Positions 54,827 through 64,000 of a DNA stretch of 64,000 nucleotides are shown one piece after another. Both the position numbers and the translations under genes were made by a program. Location of the stretch: NCBI GenBank assembly GCA_964568455.1, contig CAZMPJ010000001.1, positions 233,691 to 297,690 on the forward strand. Direction: 5' to 3'. This stretch comes from an uncultured bacterium. Lineage in GTDB: Bacteria; Margulisbacteria; WOR-1; O2-12-FULL-45-9. The stretch's first letter is position 1. Each line of letters opens with the position of its first letter. The notes beneath the pieces are model-generated. The model saw only the letters and a list, made by a program, of their open reading frames with translations. It was not told the DNA's origin and searched no databases.

Positions 54827-57222
54827 AGGAATTAAAGGAAAAACTAATTTCTTTTTTAAGGATTGAAAATGTTCGTGTTTTTCTATATTTTTGTTTAGCC
54901 GGTTTACTAGCTCATTTAGATAGATTTATCTTAAGATCTTACGCGCTTTTTAAGGTCCATGATACTTTTGATCTGTTTTGGCCATATCAAGTAGTCATGG
55001 CTAAGCGGATTTTATCAGGTCAAATGTTGGGTTGGTTGCCAGATTATGTGGGTGGACTGCCTATCTTTTATATGGATTTTAATTGGCTTTCCCCCTCTGT
55101 GATTCTGAGTGGGGTATTTAATGGTTTCTGGGGATTTGTTGCTGTAACTATGATGCAGTTTCTTTTAGCTGGCTTTGGTGGATATTTGTTTCTAAAACAT
55201 TTTTTTGGTACAGATAAATATGCGAGCTTTTTTGGTGGTTTGTTATGGGCACTTGGCGCTTTTACCTTAACCTATTCGTCAAGAAGTATGGATCTTGTGG
55301 CTATTCCTTTGATTTTTTATTGTACTGATAGGCTTGCTTTTGCCGAGGGTAGAAAAACGAGATTATTATTATTGTTGGGTTTATTTCTGTCTGCAACTAA
55401 TGTGTATTTTGCTAAGGGAGCCCCGTTTATTGCTTTTTTTCAATTGTTATTTATCTTTTTCTCTAACCCAGAATGGAGTAAACGAAAAAAAGTATTGCTT
55501 ACCTATGTCATGGTCTGGATCTCTGTTGTAATCATTAATCTGCCAGTCATAGTTTCTCTGCTTTCTAGCATGAAAGTAGGGCACCGCAGCCTGGCACATT
55601 GGATACCCGAGGGAGGGAAAAGTTTAGGGCAGAGATTGTATTATATATTGATCAATCCTGTGGCAATATCTGAGTCAGTGCTAGGGTTTGTCGGTTCATT
55701 GGTTTTGTTTTATGGGTTCTTTAGCTTCAAAAAATGGCCTAAGCTGCTTAGATTCATGCTTTATTTCTATGCTGTGGGTTTGTTTTACAATGCTTTTATT
55801 GATCAGGCTATCTGGTATCAAACACTTCGGAGTTATCTGCCATTTGCGGAATACCGATTGTCTCGTTTTGTGCTTCCTGTTCCATTTATCTTAGTGATGA
55901 TAGCTGGGGTAAATTTTAAGAACTTTCTTGAGTTTTTACAGGTAAATTTTAAGCGGATTTTTATTTTTGCTACGGCAGTTTTCTTTGTTTTGATTTATTT
56001 TATTATGGACAATTATTATTTCCCCTTAAATGCTAATCATCTTGTTGCTTGTATTTTTTCTTTTGTAGTTTTTGTTGCGGGAATTTACTTACTAAAAAAA
56101 CGCAATGCCAAACAGCTCTGGATAATCTATTTTATCCTAAGCTTGCTTTTTGCTGAGAAGTTTATTGTTATTAACCTGGTGCGGTTAGGTGCAATTCATC
56201 CACCTTCTTTTAAGCATTTTTTTCAATCAGAACTTTACGATAAATTTCGACCAAATAATAAATACGATTACAGAATATCGTATGTTAATTGGCATCCGTC
56301 AGCCGGGCTATATAATAATTATCAGGTGGCGGGAGGATACGCTTCGCAATATTTAAGACGCTACGCAATTTTCTGGGAAACTTTGATAACCGGGGAAGAA
56401 GAAAAAGAAGAATTTGCAGGCTATCCTTATAAAGCTTATTTATTCAATCATTATTCAAAACGCGAAGAAATTCCACCCAAGACCATCAAGAATTTAACTT
56501 TTAACACCGACCTTTTAGCCCTGCATAATGTTCGTTACTTGTTTTTTCTAAACAAGGTTGAGCGACCAGAACGTTGGGACTTAAGCTTAGTCCAGGAAGG
56601 TGGTTGGGTTTATTCTGGCTCTATGCCCAAAACCGAATTAGAACGCAAATGGTTGTTGTTTCTTGATCGTCCCAGACGAGTTACGACATCAATTCAATAT
56701 TATGTTTATGAGCTAGAAAAATATCAGCCTAGAATGTTTGTTCCCAATAGCTTTTTGCTGGTCAATAATGAAAATATGCTCAAAGAACACTTAAGTTCCT
56801 CAAGTGTTTATAAGTTGAAAAACCGAGTTGTCTATAATAGAGAAGATTTAACTGCAGCTCAAATAAAAGAATTATCCTCATTGCCTTATCCTAAAACCAA
56901 GGCAAAACCAGAGATCACTTACTATTCTGATAATAAAATTGTGATATCAGCTAAGGCTCAACAGCGCCAGCAATTGATACTGATGGAAAATTATATGCAC
57001 GAATGGACAGCTACAATAAATGGTAAACCGATTTCTATCTTACCGGCTTATGGAACGTTTCGTGCCGTTATCTTGGAAAAGGGTGAAAACGAAATTGTTT
57101 TTGAATATCGACCGGCTTATCTTGTTGTCTCAATATGGATTTCCGGGATAGGATTTGTTAGTTTTGTGCTTTTGGGAATCTTTTGGTCATTGAAAGGAAC
57201 AGGAAAGGAAGACAATAAATAA
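54823..57222 (+). CDS. YfhO-like / GT-C-fold polytopic membrane protein
   Basis: Many hydrophobic segments, early HD motif, W.PDY.GG.P, C-terminal ENY..W.A.ING....FRAV.L.KGEN...FEY.P. Confidence 0.7.
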   Translation: MKELKEKLISFLRIENVRVFLYFCLAGLLAHLDRFILRSYALFKVHDTFDLFWPYQVVMAKRILSGQMLGWLPDYVGGLPIFYMDFNWLSPSVILSGVFNGFWGFVAVTMMQFLLAGFGGYLFLKHFFGTDKYASFFGGLLWALGAFTLTYSSRSMDLVAIPLIFYCTDRLAFAEGRKTRLLLLLGLFLSATNVYFAKGAPFIAFFQLLFIFFSNPEWSKRKKVLLTYVMVWISVVIINLPVIVSLLSSMKVGHRSLAHWIPEGGKSLGQRLYYILINPVAISESVLGFVGSLVLFYGFFSFKKWPKLLRFMLYFYAVGLFYNAFIDQAIWYQTLRSYLPFAEYRLSRFVLPVPFILVMIAGVNFKNFLEFLQVNFKRIFIFATAVFFVLIYFIMDNYYFPLNANHLVACIFSFVVFVAGIYLLKKRNAKQLWIIYFILSLLFAEKFIVINLVRLGAIHPPSFKHFFQSELYDKFRPNNKYDYRISYVNWHPSAGLYNNYQVAGGYASQYLRRYAIFWETLITGEEEKEEFAGYPYKAYLFNHYSKREEIPPKTIKNLTFNTDLLALHNVRYLFFLNKVERPERWDLSLVQEGGWVYSGSMPKTELERKWLLFLDRPRRVTTSIQYYVYELEKYQPRMFVPNSFLLVNNENMLKEHLSSSSVYKLKNRVVYNREDLTAAQIKELSSLPYPKTKAKPEITYYSDNKIVISAKAQQRQQLILMENYMHEWTATINGKPISILPAYGTFRAVILEKGENEIVFEYRPAYLVVSIWISGIGFVSFVLLGIFWSLKGTGKEDNK

Positions 57223-57992
57223 TGAGAACTCTAATCGTGATCCCGGCCAGGCTTGGCTCCTGGCGCTTTCCAGATAAACCATTAACTTTGATCGAAGGTA
57301 AGCCGATGATAGAACATGTTTACCGGCGATGTTTGTTGGTTAAAGGTGTTGATGAGGTTGTGTTGGCAATTTGCGAAGACAAGGTAAAAGCAGCCTGTGA
57401 ATCATTTGGCGCAAAATATGTAATGACCTCTGATAAACCTCAAACTGCCTTAGATCGAGTAGCCGAAGCTGCCCAAATGTTAAATTATGTTCAAGCTGAC
57501 GATATCGTTTTAAATGTCCAGGGTGATGAACCGGCCGTGCCTCCGATAATGATTGAAATGACGATTGAAAAACTTTTGTCGGACAAGGTTTGTCAATGTT
57601 CTAACCTGGTTGAGGAGATCAAGGAGCCCGAAGATCTAAAAAACCATCATCGGACCAAAGCAGTAATATCGCAAGGAGGGAGACTGATTTACATAACCCG
57701 CCAAGCTATTCCAGCCACAGTTTTTGACATCAAAAAGAGGGCAGTGTTTTATCAACAAACTGGGATTATGGCTTTTCGTGGTGCATTTCTGCAAAAATTT
57801 ACACAACTACCCAGAACCCCTCTTGAATTAATTGAAGGCATTGATATGTTGCGTCTGATTGAACACGATTACCCAATTGCAACCGCTGTTTGTCCGTATT
57901 CAACTCAGCCGGTTGATACGCCGGAAGATATAGCCAAAGTGATCCAAAGATTAAAAAACGATAAATGGTTTAAGAATGGATATAAAAAGTAA
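57222..57992 (+). CDS. kdsB: 3-deoxy-manno-octulosonate cytidylyltransferase family
   Basis: IPARLGSWRFPDKPL, DRVAEA, NVQGDEP, EGIDMLR, VDTPED. Confidence 0.82.
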   Translation: MRTLIVIPARLGSWRFPDKPLTLIEGKPMIEHVYRRCLLVKGVDEVVLAICEDKVKAACESFGAKYVMTSDKPQTALDRVAEAAQMLNYVQADDIVLNVQGDEPAVPPIMIEMTIEKLLSDKVCQCSNLVEEIKEPEDLKNHHRTKAVISQGGRLIYITRQAIPATVFDIKKRAVFYQQTGIMAFRGAFLQKFTQLPRTPLELIEGIDMLRLIEHDYPIATAVCPYSTQPVDTPEDIAKVIQRLKNDKWFKNGYKK

Positions 57993-59937
57993 ATCTAAAA
58001 AGAAAATTTTAATTCTGGTTGACCAACCCAATGATAATTTAGATAAGTGGTTGGCTGGGCCGACGCCTGGAAACAGTCAACTAGATCTGTTGACTTTTGA
58101 CTGTTCGCCGTCTCAGATTAAGACCGGGAGCAAAATTAATATCTTGGAAACCAAAGAGATTTCAGCCCAAGCAGAGCAAGAGGCCCGAGAATTTTATATT
58201 AAGCTGATTAAAGAATTACCTGATTATAAAATTAACGGTCGTTCGGTGGCTGAGCTACTTGCTTGGAAGAAGCGTAACCTCTGGTGGTATTTGGAGATTA
58301 GTGAAAAATCGATCTGGCTAGATCGGACTGTCCATCGATTATATGCGCTCTCTCGTTTAGCTAAGGTTTGTCAGTTAGAGCAATATGATCAGGTACTTAT
58401 TTTTGCTCATGACCGCTTATTAAGCAAGGCAATAGTGGAATATGCTGGCAATAATAAACTTAATTGTTCCGTTATGGTTAAACATAAAAAAGAGGCAGCA
58501 TCTTTTATTATTAAATATGCAGCAGGCACACTTCGCTTATTTATTAAGATGGGGCTGCAATTGGTATTATACAATCTGTTTAGAATTAAAAACGAAAAAG
58601 CAATTGCCGCTAAATCTTTGGCTTTTTTCAGTGTTTATCCCAGCTGGTGGCAAAATCCTTTTTCCGGTGAAGCAAAAGATAAGTTTTTTCAAGACATCCC
58701 TAACCAACTGGCTAAAACAGAGCGAGTTTATGATTTAATCTGGGTCCGTCCGGGCTGGCGCACTTTTTTTAGCCGTCGCCAGGGATTTCGCCAGTTCTTA
58801 AAAGGGAGGCAGGCGATTATCCTTAATCGTTACTTAAAAATAGTTGACTTGTTCAAGCTTTTCAGCCTAAAGCGGTTGGTTTCTTTTACAAAAGTGCTTA
58901 ATTGGTCGGCTAAAGCTGATATAAAATACAAAGGGATTAATATCTCTTTCTTTATCCATCAAGAATTGTCTAGTTCCTTGGCCAGTGTCTCTTTATTTGA
59001 GTGGCTGTTAATGGACAACTCCTTGCGTCGATTTCCACTCGAGCAATTTCGAGCTGTTTTCTTTAGGTTAGAATTTCAACCTTTAGAAAGGGCTCTGCTT
59101 TATAATGCGCCTGGCAGAACAACAACTTTTGGTTTTCAACATTCTGCCTTAAGCAGGAATTTTTTAAATTATGCTTTTGCTGATGGACAATTGGCTGATA
59201 GTAAAATGCCTTTGCCAAATTATATTTTAACCAGTGGCCCCAAAGGTTATTCTTATATGAAAAAAGCGGGTTTTCCTCAAGATAAATTAGTAGTTGTTGG
59301 GGCAATCAGGCAAAGTTATTTGTTTAAACATATGAATCAGCCGCCGGCTAAAGAGGCTTTGCGCCGAAAGTATTCGCTGCCGCTTGATAAAAAAATAGTT
59401 TTTGTAGCGACCACGGCGCTGTTTGACGAAACAATTTCAATGATCCATGATTTGCTGCAGGCTGTTTCTCGGGATCAGGCTCGTTACCATCTAATGATTA
59501 AATGTCATCCTAATGTTAGAGCTTTGCCTAGTTTTGTGCCTAAGATAAAGGAGCTATTTAAGCAGCACGGTGGTAATTATTCTTATGATATATTTATTGA
59601 ACGTAATATCCCACTTCATGATTATTTGCTATTGGCTGATACGGTTCTGTCAACCGGCGGGACAGTTTCACTTGAGTCAATGTTTTTGGGTGGAGCAGAA
59701 ACGATTGTTTATAATTGTCTCTTTCAATTTAACCATAGTCCATTGTTAGATTATCCAGAAGCGGTTGTGATAGCAAAAGATTTAAACTCAATGGCGGCGG
59801 CATTAAATACAGAATGGTCTGAGGTAATGAGGGCAAAACAACAACAGCCGCTTAGCGATATGTTTGGTGATATAACCCAAGACCCGCAGCAAAAATTTAT
59901 CAGTACTATAAAAAATATAACAGGAGGAATAAAATGA
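57976..59937 (+). CDS. Surface carbohydrate biosynthesis protein (TIGR04326-like), putative GT-B
   Basis: LWWYLEISEK, EFQPLERAL, GFQHS, KCHP; family resemblance recalled. Confidence 0.55.
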   Translation: MDIKSKSKKKILILVDQPNDNLDKWLAGPTPGNSQLDLLTFDCSPSQIKTGSKINILETKEISAQAEQEAREFYIKLIKELPDYKINGRSVAELLAWKKRNLWWYLEISEKSIWLDRTVHRLYALSRLAKVCQLEQYDQVLIFAHDRLLSKAIVEYAGNNKLNCSVMVKHKKEAASFIIKYAAGTLRLFIKMGLQLVLYNLFRIKNEKAIAAKSLAFFSVYPSWWQNPFSGEAKDKFFQDIPNQLAKTERVYDLIWVRPGWRTFFSRRQGFRQFLKGRQAIILNRYLKIVDLFKLFSLKRLVSFTKVLNWSAKADIKYKGINISFFIHQELSSSLASVSLFEWLLMDNSLRRFPLEQFRAVFFRLEFQPLERALLYNAPGRTTTFGFQHSALSRNFLNYAFADGQLADSKMPLPNYILTSGPKGYSYMKKAGFPQDKLVVVGAIRQSYLFKHMNQPPAKEALRRKYSLPLDKKIVFVATTALFDETISMIHDLLQAVSRDQARYHLMIKCHPNVRALPSFVPKIKELFKQHGGNYSYDIFIERNIPLHDYLLLADTVLSTGGTVSLESMFLGGAETIVYNCLFQFNHSPLLDYPEAVVIAKDLNSMAAALNTEWSEVMRAKQQQPLSDMFGDITQDPQQKFISTIKNITGGIK

Positions 59938-60674
59938 AGAAAATTATGAAAAAATATGTCAAAATATTAAAACGGCATTTGGGTGTACCTAAGGCGCATA
60001 TCGAGATTGTGGCAGACTTTGTTTTTTCCGAAGCAGTGCCGGGGGATTATTTAGAATTTGGAGTTTTTCGGGGGAGTTCATTTGTAGCAGCCTATAAGAC
60101 GTTAGAGCACTGCCGGCAAGATTGGACTTCAAAAAAAAGGAATGAGTTAGCCTATTCTGATAAGACAAGGGCGGATGGAAATAAACTTGTTCAAAAAAAT
60201 GATCTCCGTTATTTTGCTTTTGACTCTTTTGATGGTTTACCAGAGATTAAGGGAATTGATCAGTCAAGCGCCAGGTTTTCTAGAGGGAGATACGATTGTG
60301 GCCAGGATGTTTTTGTCTCCGTTCTGAAAAAAAATGGTGTGGATTTGAGCAAAGTTGTTTTGGTTCCCGGTTGGTTTGACCAATCCTTGACGGCCGAGGT
60401 AAAAAAACGACATAATTTGCGAGCCGCTTCAGTGGTGATGATCGATTGCGATTTGTATGAGTCTACTAAACCGGTTTTAGAATTTATTACTGATCTTTTG
60501 GTAGACGGCACTATTCTGATCTTTGATGATTGGTTTAGTTTTAAGGGTGACCCGGATAAGGGGGAGCAGAGAGCGACACGAGAATGGTTGAATAAAAATC
60601 CGCAGATCAAACTGCAGGATTATTATCAGGTTGGCTCAACCCAAAAAAGCTTTATTGTTAACCTGAAAAAATAA
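59934..60674 (+). CDS. TylF/MycF/NovP-type O-methyltransferase
   Basis: GDYLEFGV.RG, FDSFDGLP, GWF, IDCDLYES, FDDW, GEQRA. Confidence 0.9.
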   Translation: MKKIMKKYVKILKRHLGVPKAHIEIVADFVFSEAVPGDYLEFGVFRGSSFVAAYKTLEHCRQDWTSKKRNELAYSDKTRADGNKLVQKNDLRYFAFDSFDGLPEIKGIDQSSARFSRGRYDCGQDVFVSVLKKNGVDLSKVVLVPGWFDQSLTAEVKKRHNLRAASVVMIDCDLYESTKPVLEFITDLLVDGTILIFDDWFSFKGDPDKGEQRATREWLNKNPQIKLQDYYQVGSTQKSFIVNLKK

Positions 60675-60690
60675 AAAGCGGAGGATAAAG

Positions 60691-61722
60691 ATGAAGAAAA
60701 AGAAATTTAAAGTGGGGATAGCTGGTTACGGCGTGGTTGGTAAGCGACGTCGTCAGTATATTGATCAGCATCCATGGCTAAAAACAGTGGCGGTTTGTGA
60801 CGAGAAATTTAAAGGCTCAGGCGAAATGCCTGATGGGGTAAGGCATCATAGCAATTATCTTGACCTGCTTAAAGAGCCGCTTGATATTTTACTTGTCAGT
60901 TTACCAAATTATTTAGCGGCAGACGTAACAATTGCTGGCTTAAAGAAGGGTCTCCATGTTTTTTGCGAAAAACCACCGGGCAGAGATATTGGTGATATTA
61001 AACGGGTGGTGGCTGCTGAAAAAAAATGTCCGCAGCTGCGTCTTAAGTATGGTTTTAACCATCGGTATCATGATTCAGTTAAAGAAGCATTAAAAATTAT
61101 CAGGTCTGGCAAATTAGGAGAAATTATTAACCTGCGCGGTGTTTATGGCAAAAGTAAAATTATTCCATTTTCTGGTGGCTGGCGGGCCGAACGTAGTCAA
61201 GCTGGTGGTGGAGTCTTATTGGACCAAGGGATCCACATGGTTGATCTGATGCGCTTGTTTTGCGGTGAGTTTGTTGAGGTGAAAAGTTTTATCTCTAACC
61301 GTTATTGGGGGCATGATGTTGAAGATAATGCCTATGCCTTAATGCGCGATAAACAAGGGCGAGTTGCCATGCTTCATTCCAGCGCTACCCAATGGCAGCA
61401 TCGCTTTATGCTGGAAATATCTTTAACCAAAGGATTTTTGGAATTGCGGGGTATTTTATCCGGCTCAAAAAGTTATGGTCAGGAAAAATTAACTATTGGC
61501 AAAAAAGACGAGGCTGATATTGGTAATACCCAAGAGTCAACTATCACTTTCTTAGAAGATAATTCATGGCGTGATGAGATTAATGAGTTTGCCGACGCTA
61601 TTATTAAAAACAAAAAGATTAGAGTGGGCAACAGTGGCGAGGCTTTAGCTACTATGCAATTGGTCTATAGTATCTATTATGCTGATCCACAATGGCGGTC
61701 TGCTTATAATATTAAAATATAA
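60691..61722 (+). CDS. Gfo/Idh/MocA family oxidoreductase
   Basis: GYGVVG, CEKPPG, GFNHRY, GGGVLLDQGIH. Confidence 0.92.
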   Translation: MKKKKFKVGIAGYGVVGKRRRQYIDQHPWLKTVAVCDEKFKGSGEMPDGVRHHSNYLDLLKEPLDILLVSLPNYLAADVTIAGLKKGLHVFCEKPPGRDIGDIKRVVAAEKKCPQLRLKYGFNHRYHDSVKEALKIIRSGKLGEIINLRGVYGKSKIIPFSGGWRAERSQAGGGVLLDQGIHMVDLMRLFCGEFVEVKSFISNRYWGHDVEDNAYALMRDKQGRVAMLHSSATQWQHRFMLEISLTKGFLELRGILSGSKSYGQEKLTIGKKDEADIGNTQESTITFLEDNSWRDEINEFADAIIKNKKIRVGNSGEALATMQLVYSIYYADPQWRSAYNIKI

Positions 61723-61736
61723 AAAGGAGAGAGTAG

Positions 61737-62363
61737 ATGAATAATTTAGAAAAAATGTTTAATGAAACTGACGATGTTGCCAGTTACAGTAAGGAGTATT
61801 TTAAATATTTAGCGGAGTTAATGACTCAGATTGATACCCAAAAGATTGCGGTTATTGTTGCTGAGTTGATAGACGCTTATGAAAAGGATAATACCATTTT
61901 TATCATTGGCAATGGCGGTTCAGCCGCGACTGCTTCGCACATGGCTAACGACATTGGCTTGGATGTCCTAAAAAAATCAAAATGTCCCAAACCTTTTCGA
62001 GTAATGGCTTTAACAGATAATAATTCGGTGATGACAGCGATTGCTAATGATGATGGCTATGACAATCTCTTTATCAATCAATTGAGAATTCACTACCGGC
62101 CGGGGGATAAGTTAATTGCTATCTCGGCTAGTGGTAACTCCCCTAATGTGGTTGAGACGGTAGAGTGGGTTAAGGCTCGACAAGGCAAAACAATCGGCCT
62201 TTCTGGGTTTGATGGTGGCAAACTGCATCAACGCTGTGATATATCATTATTAGTTAAGACTCCTAAGGGGGAATATGGCCCGGTTGAGGATCTGCATTTG
62301 ATCTTTGACCATTTAATAGCAACTTGGCTGCAATACCATATGAAGAAGAAAGCTCAATCATGA
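61737..62363 (+). CDS. gmhA: SIS-domain phosphoheptose isomerase
   Basis: GNGGSAATASH, TAIANDDGY, ISASGNSPN, GFDGG, VEDLH. Confidence 0.85.
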   Translation: MNNLEKMFNETDDVASYSKEYFKYLAELMTQIDTQKIAVIVAELIDAYEKDNTIFIIGNGGSAATASHMANDIGLDVLKKSKCPKPFRVMALTDNNSVMTAIANDDGYDNLFINQLRIHYRPGDKLIAISASGNSPNVVETVEWVKARQGKTIGLSGFDGGKLHQRCDISLLVKTPKGEYGPVEDLHLIFDHLIATWLQYHMKKKAQS

Positions 62364-63268
62364 AAAAAAATGAGATAAAAGTATTATTAGGGCCGTCTAG
62401 TTATGGTGCATTAGACGATGCCCCTTTAATAAAACTGAAAGCAGCTGGTTTGACTTTGATTGATAATCCGTATAAAAGAAAATTAACCAAACAGGAACTC
62501 TTTAAGCTTTTACCAGGAGTGAAGGGTTTAATTGCCGGACTGGAGCCTCTGGATAGAGAGGTTTTAACCAAGTCGGAGTTGAAAGTTATTTCCCGTTGTG
62601 GGGCGGGCTTGTCTAATGTTGATTTAGAGGCAGCTAAGGAGCTTGGGATAAAAGTTGAATATACTCCGACTGGTCCAACAACCGCGGTTGCGGAATTAAC
62701 AGTTGGCTGCTTATTGTCACTGTTGCGGCAGGTGTCTCAAATGAACAGCTCTTTACACGACGGTAAATGGGACAAAAGGATTGGTAGACAGTTGAGTGGA
62801 TTGACCGTTGCGGTGATTGGTTATGGCAATATTGGTGGTCGAGTAGGTAAACTACTTTCTGCTTTAGGGGCAAAGATTTTAATTGTTGATCCTCGACTCA
62901 AAGAAGCACTTAGTCTAAAAGAGGCACTCAAACAGGCAGATGTTATTACTCTTCATTGTAGCGGAGAAGAATGTTTATTGGGTGAACCAGAATTTGCCTT
63001 AATGAAGCAAGGGGTTTTTCTCTTGAATGCTGCTCGGGGAAGCCTGGTAGATGAACAGGCGTTGCTTAATAGTCTCAACAGTGGCCAGGTTGCTGGAGCC
63101 TGGTTTGATACTTTTAGCGTAGAACCGTATCATGGAGAGTTGTGTAAGTATCAGCAAGTTTTATTAACCCCGCATGTTGGATCTTATACCCTTGAAGGGA
63201 GAAGATCTATGGAATTGGAGACAGCAGATAATTTAATTAAGCATTTTAAAAGAGGGAAAATAAAGTGA
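62360..63268 (+). CDS. D-isomer 2-hydroxyacid (phosphoglycerate-type) dehydrogenase, no ACT domain
   Basis: SRCGAG.SNVD, AVAE, GYGNIG, NAARG.LVDE, TPHVGSYT; ATG 62360. Confidence 0.88.
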   Translation: MKKNEIKVLLGPSSYGALDDAPLIKLKAAGLTLIDNPYKRKLTKQELFKLLPGVKGLIAGLEPLDREVLTKSELKVISRCGAGLSNVDLEAAKELGIKVEYTPTGPTTAVAELTVGCLLSLLRQVSQMNSSLHDGKWDKRIGRQLSGLTVAVIGYGNIGGRVGKLLSALGAKILIVDPRLKEALSLKEALKQADVITLHCSGEECLLGEPEFALMKQGVFLLNAARGSLVDEQALLNSLNSGQVAGAWFDTFSVEPYHGELCKYQQVLLTPHVGSYTLEGRRSMELETADNLIKHFKRGKIK

Positions 63269-63999
63269 AAAAACTTTTAACCTTAGTTGAGCAGATCGTC
63301 AAAGAAGCGGTTAAAGAAATTATGCCGGATCTTGCTGGAGCGCGGCAAATTGATCTTGATTTAAACCATGATATTAAAATTAAAGCAGATAAAATTCTTG
63401 AAACTTTTATTCTCAAGCGGCTGACCCAAGAAACTAAATATCCAATCCTTGCTGAAGAGAGTGGCTTGAGCCAAGGAGATGTTCTTGGAGAGGGAAATTA
63501 TTGGATTGTTGATCCTTTAGATGGCAGTCTAAATTTTTCGCGGGCTATCCCTCTTTGTTGTATTTCTATTGCCCTATGGAAAAATAATCAGCCGGTCTTA
63601 GGCGTAATTTATGATTTTAACCGCCAGGAATTGTTCAGCGCCTTAGTTGGTACGGGGGCTTGGCTCAATGGTAAACCAATCAAGGTCAGTGCTACGGCGG
63701 AAAAAACAAAAGCTATCCTAACTACTGGTTTTCCTGCTGGAACAGATTATTCTAATCAAGCATTAAAACAATTTGTTGACGATGTTAAAGAGTTTAAGAA
63801 AGTGCGTTTATTGGGTACAGCAGCCCTTTCCCTGGCTTATGTTGCTTGTGGCCGGGCTGATTATTATTGGGAAGAGGGTATCAAGCTTTGGGATGTGGCG
63901 GCTGGCTTATGCTTGGTCAAGGCTGCTGGTGGGGTATATAAAATTTCGAAAATAAGAGATAATTATGCCTTAGATGTTAAAGCAGCAAACTCAAAATTA
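63265..63999 (+). CDS. Inositol monophosphatase (SuhB-like) family, 3' truncated; absent from ORF track
   Basis: Hand translation from GTG 63265: ILAEES, WIVDPLDGSLNF, GTAALSLAYVACG, WDVAAG; no stop before window end. Confidence 0.88.
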   Translation, partial: MKKLLTLVEQIVKEAVKEIMPDLAGARQIDLDLNHDIKIKADKILETFILKRLTQETKYPILAEESGLSQGDVLGEGNYWIVDPLDGSLNFSRAIPLCCISIALWKNNQPVLGVIYDFNRQELFSALVGTGAWLNGKPIKVSATAEKTKAILTTGFPAGTDYSNQALKQFVDDVKEFKKVRLLGTAALSLAYVACGRADYYWEEGIKLWDVAAGLCLVKAAGGVYKISKIRDNYALDVKAANSKL

Positions 64000-64000
64000 A

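Noticed and set aside
873-62873. Many short minus-strand and nested alternate-frame ORFs in the track (e.g. 873-1238, 28034-28360, 60260-60610)
   Set aside because: All overlap motif-supported + strand genes and have no motifs; they are shadow ORFs
62897-62929. LKEAL-S-LKEAL short duplication
   Set aside because: Two imperfect 15-bp copies in a variable loop; no functional signal
63773-63955. 60 aa + strand ORF
   Set aside because: Out-of-frame overlap with the real inositol monophosphatase CDS starting at 63265
63265-63999. IMPase-family gene as CysQ (PAP phosphatase) for the sulfation module
   Set aside because: Motifs (GTAALSLAYVACG, DGSLNF) look SuhB-like and it lies 12 kb away in another module; not excluded without phylogeny

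Overview
The whole 64 kb is the interior of one very large, AT-rich, single-strand (+) surface-glycan biosynthesis locus. It holds about 58 tightly packed or overlapping CDSs and runs off both window edges. No rRNA, tRNA, CRISPR or transposase is visible. Recognisable modules: (i) two paralogous Gfo/Idh/MocA + DegT aminotransferase + unknown GT-B-like cassettes; (ii) GNAT/FemAB, B12 radical-SAM and 2-hydroxyacid oxidoreductase tailoring genes; (iii) a GDP-heptose-type module (HddA kinase, Cj1427/WcaG-like C4 dehydrogenase, His-type 3-dehydratase, two Fcl-like reductases, split transketolase); (iv) a legionaminic-acid-type pathway plus a second NeuB fused to a flavoprotein; (v) a sulfation module (sulfotransferase, pyruvate kinase-ATP sulfurylase fusion, APS kinase fused to a ~560 aa unknown domain that has a stand-alone paralog); (vi) five CMP-sugar synthetase-family domains; (vii) an ABC flippase and a YfhO-like GT-C membrane protein. 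The only sizeable intergenic gap (18489-18574) holds a near-consensus sigma70 promoter overlaid by 10-bp-period direct repeats. It appears to give a leaderless transcript for a small Xis/BldC-like HTH protein. All product calls come from motif recognition and recalled family knowledge; no searches were run and the host taxon cannot be established from this window.
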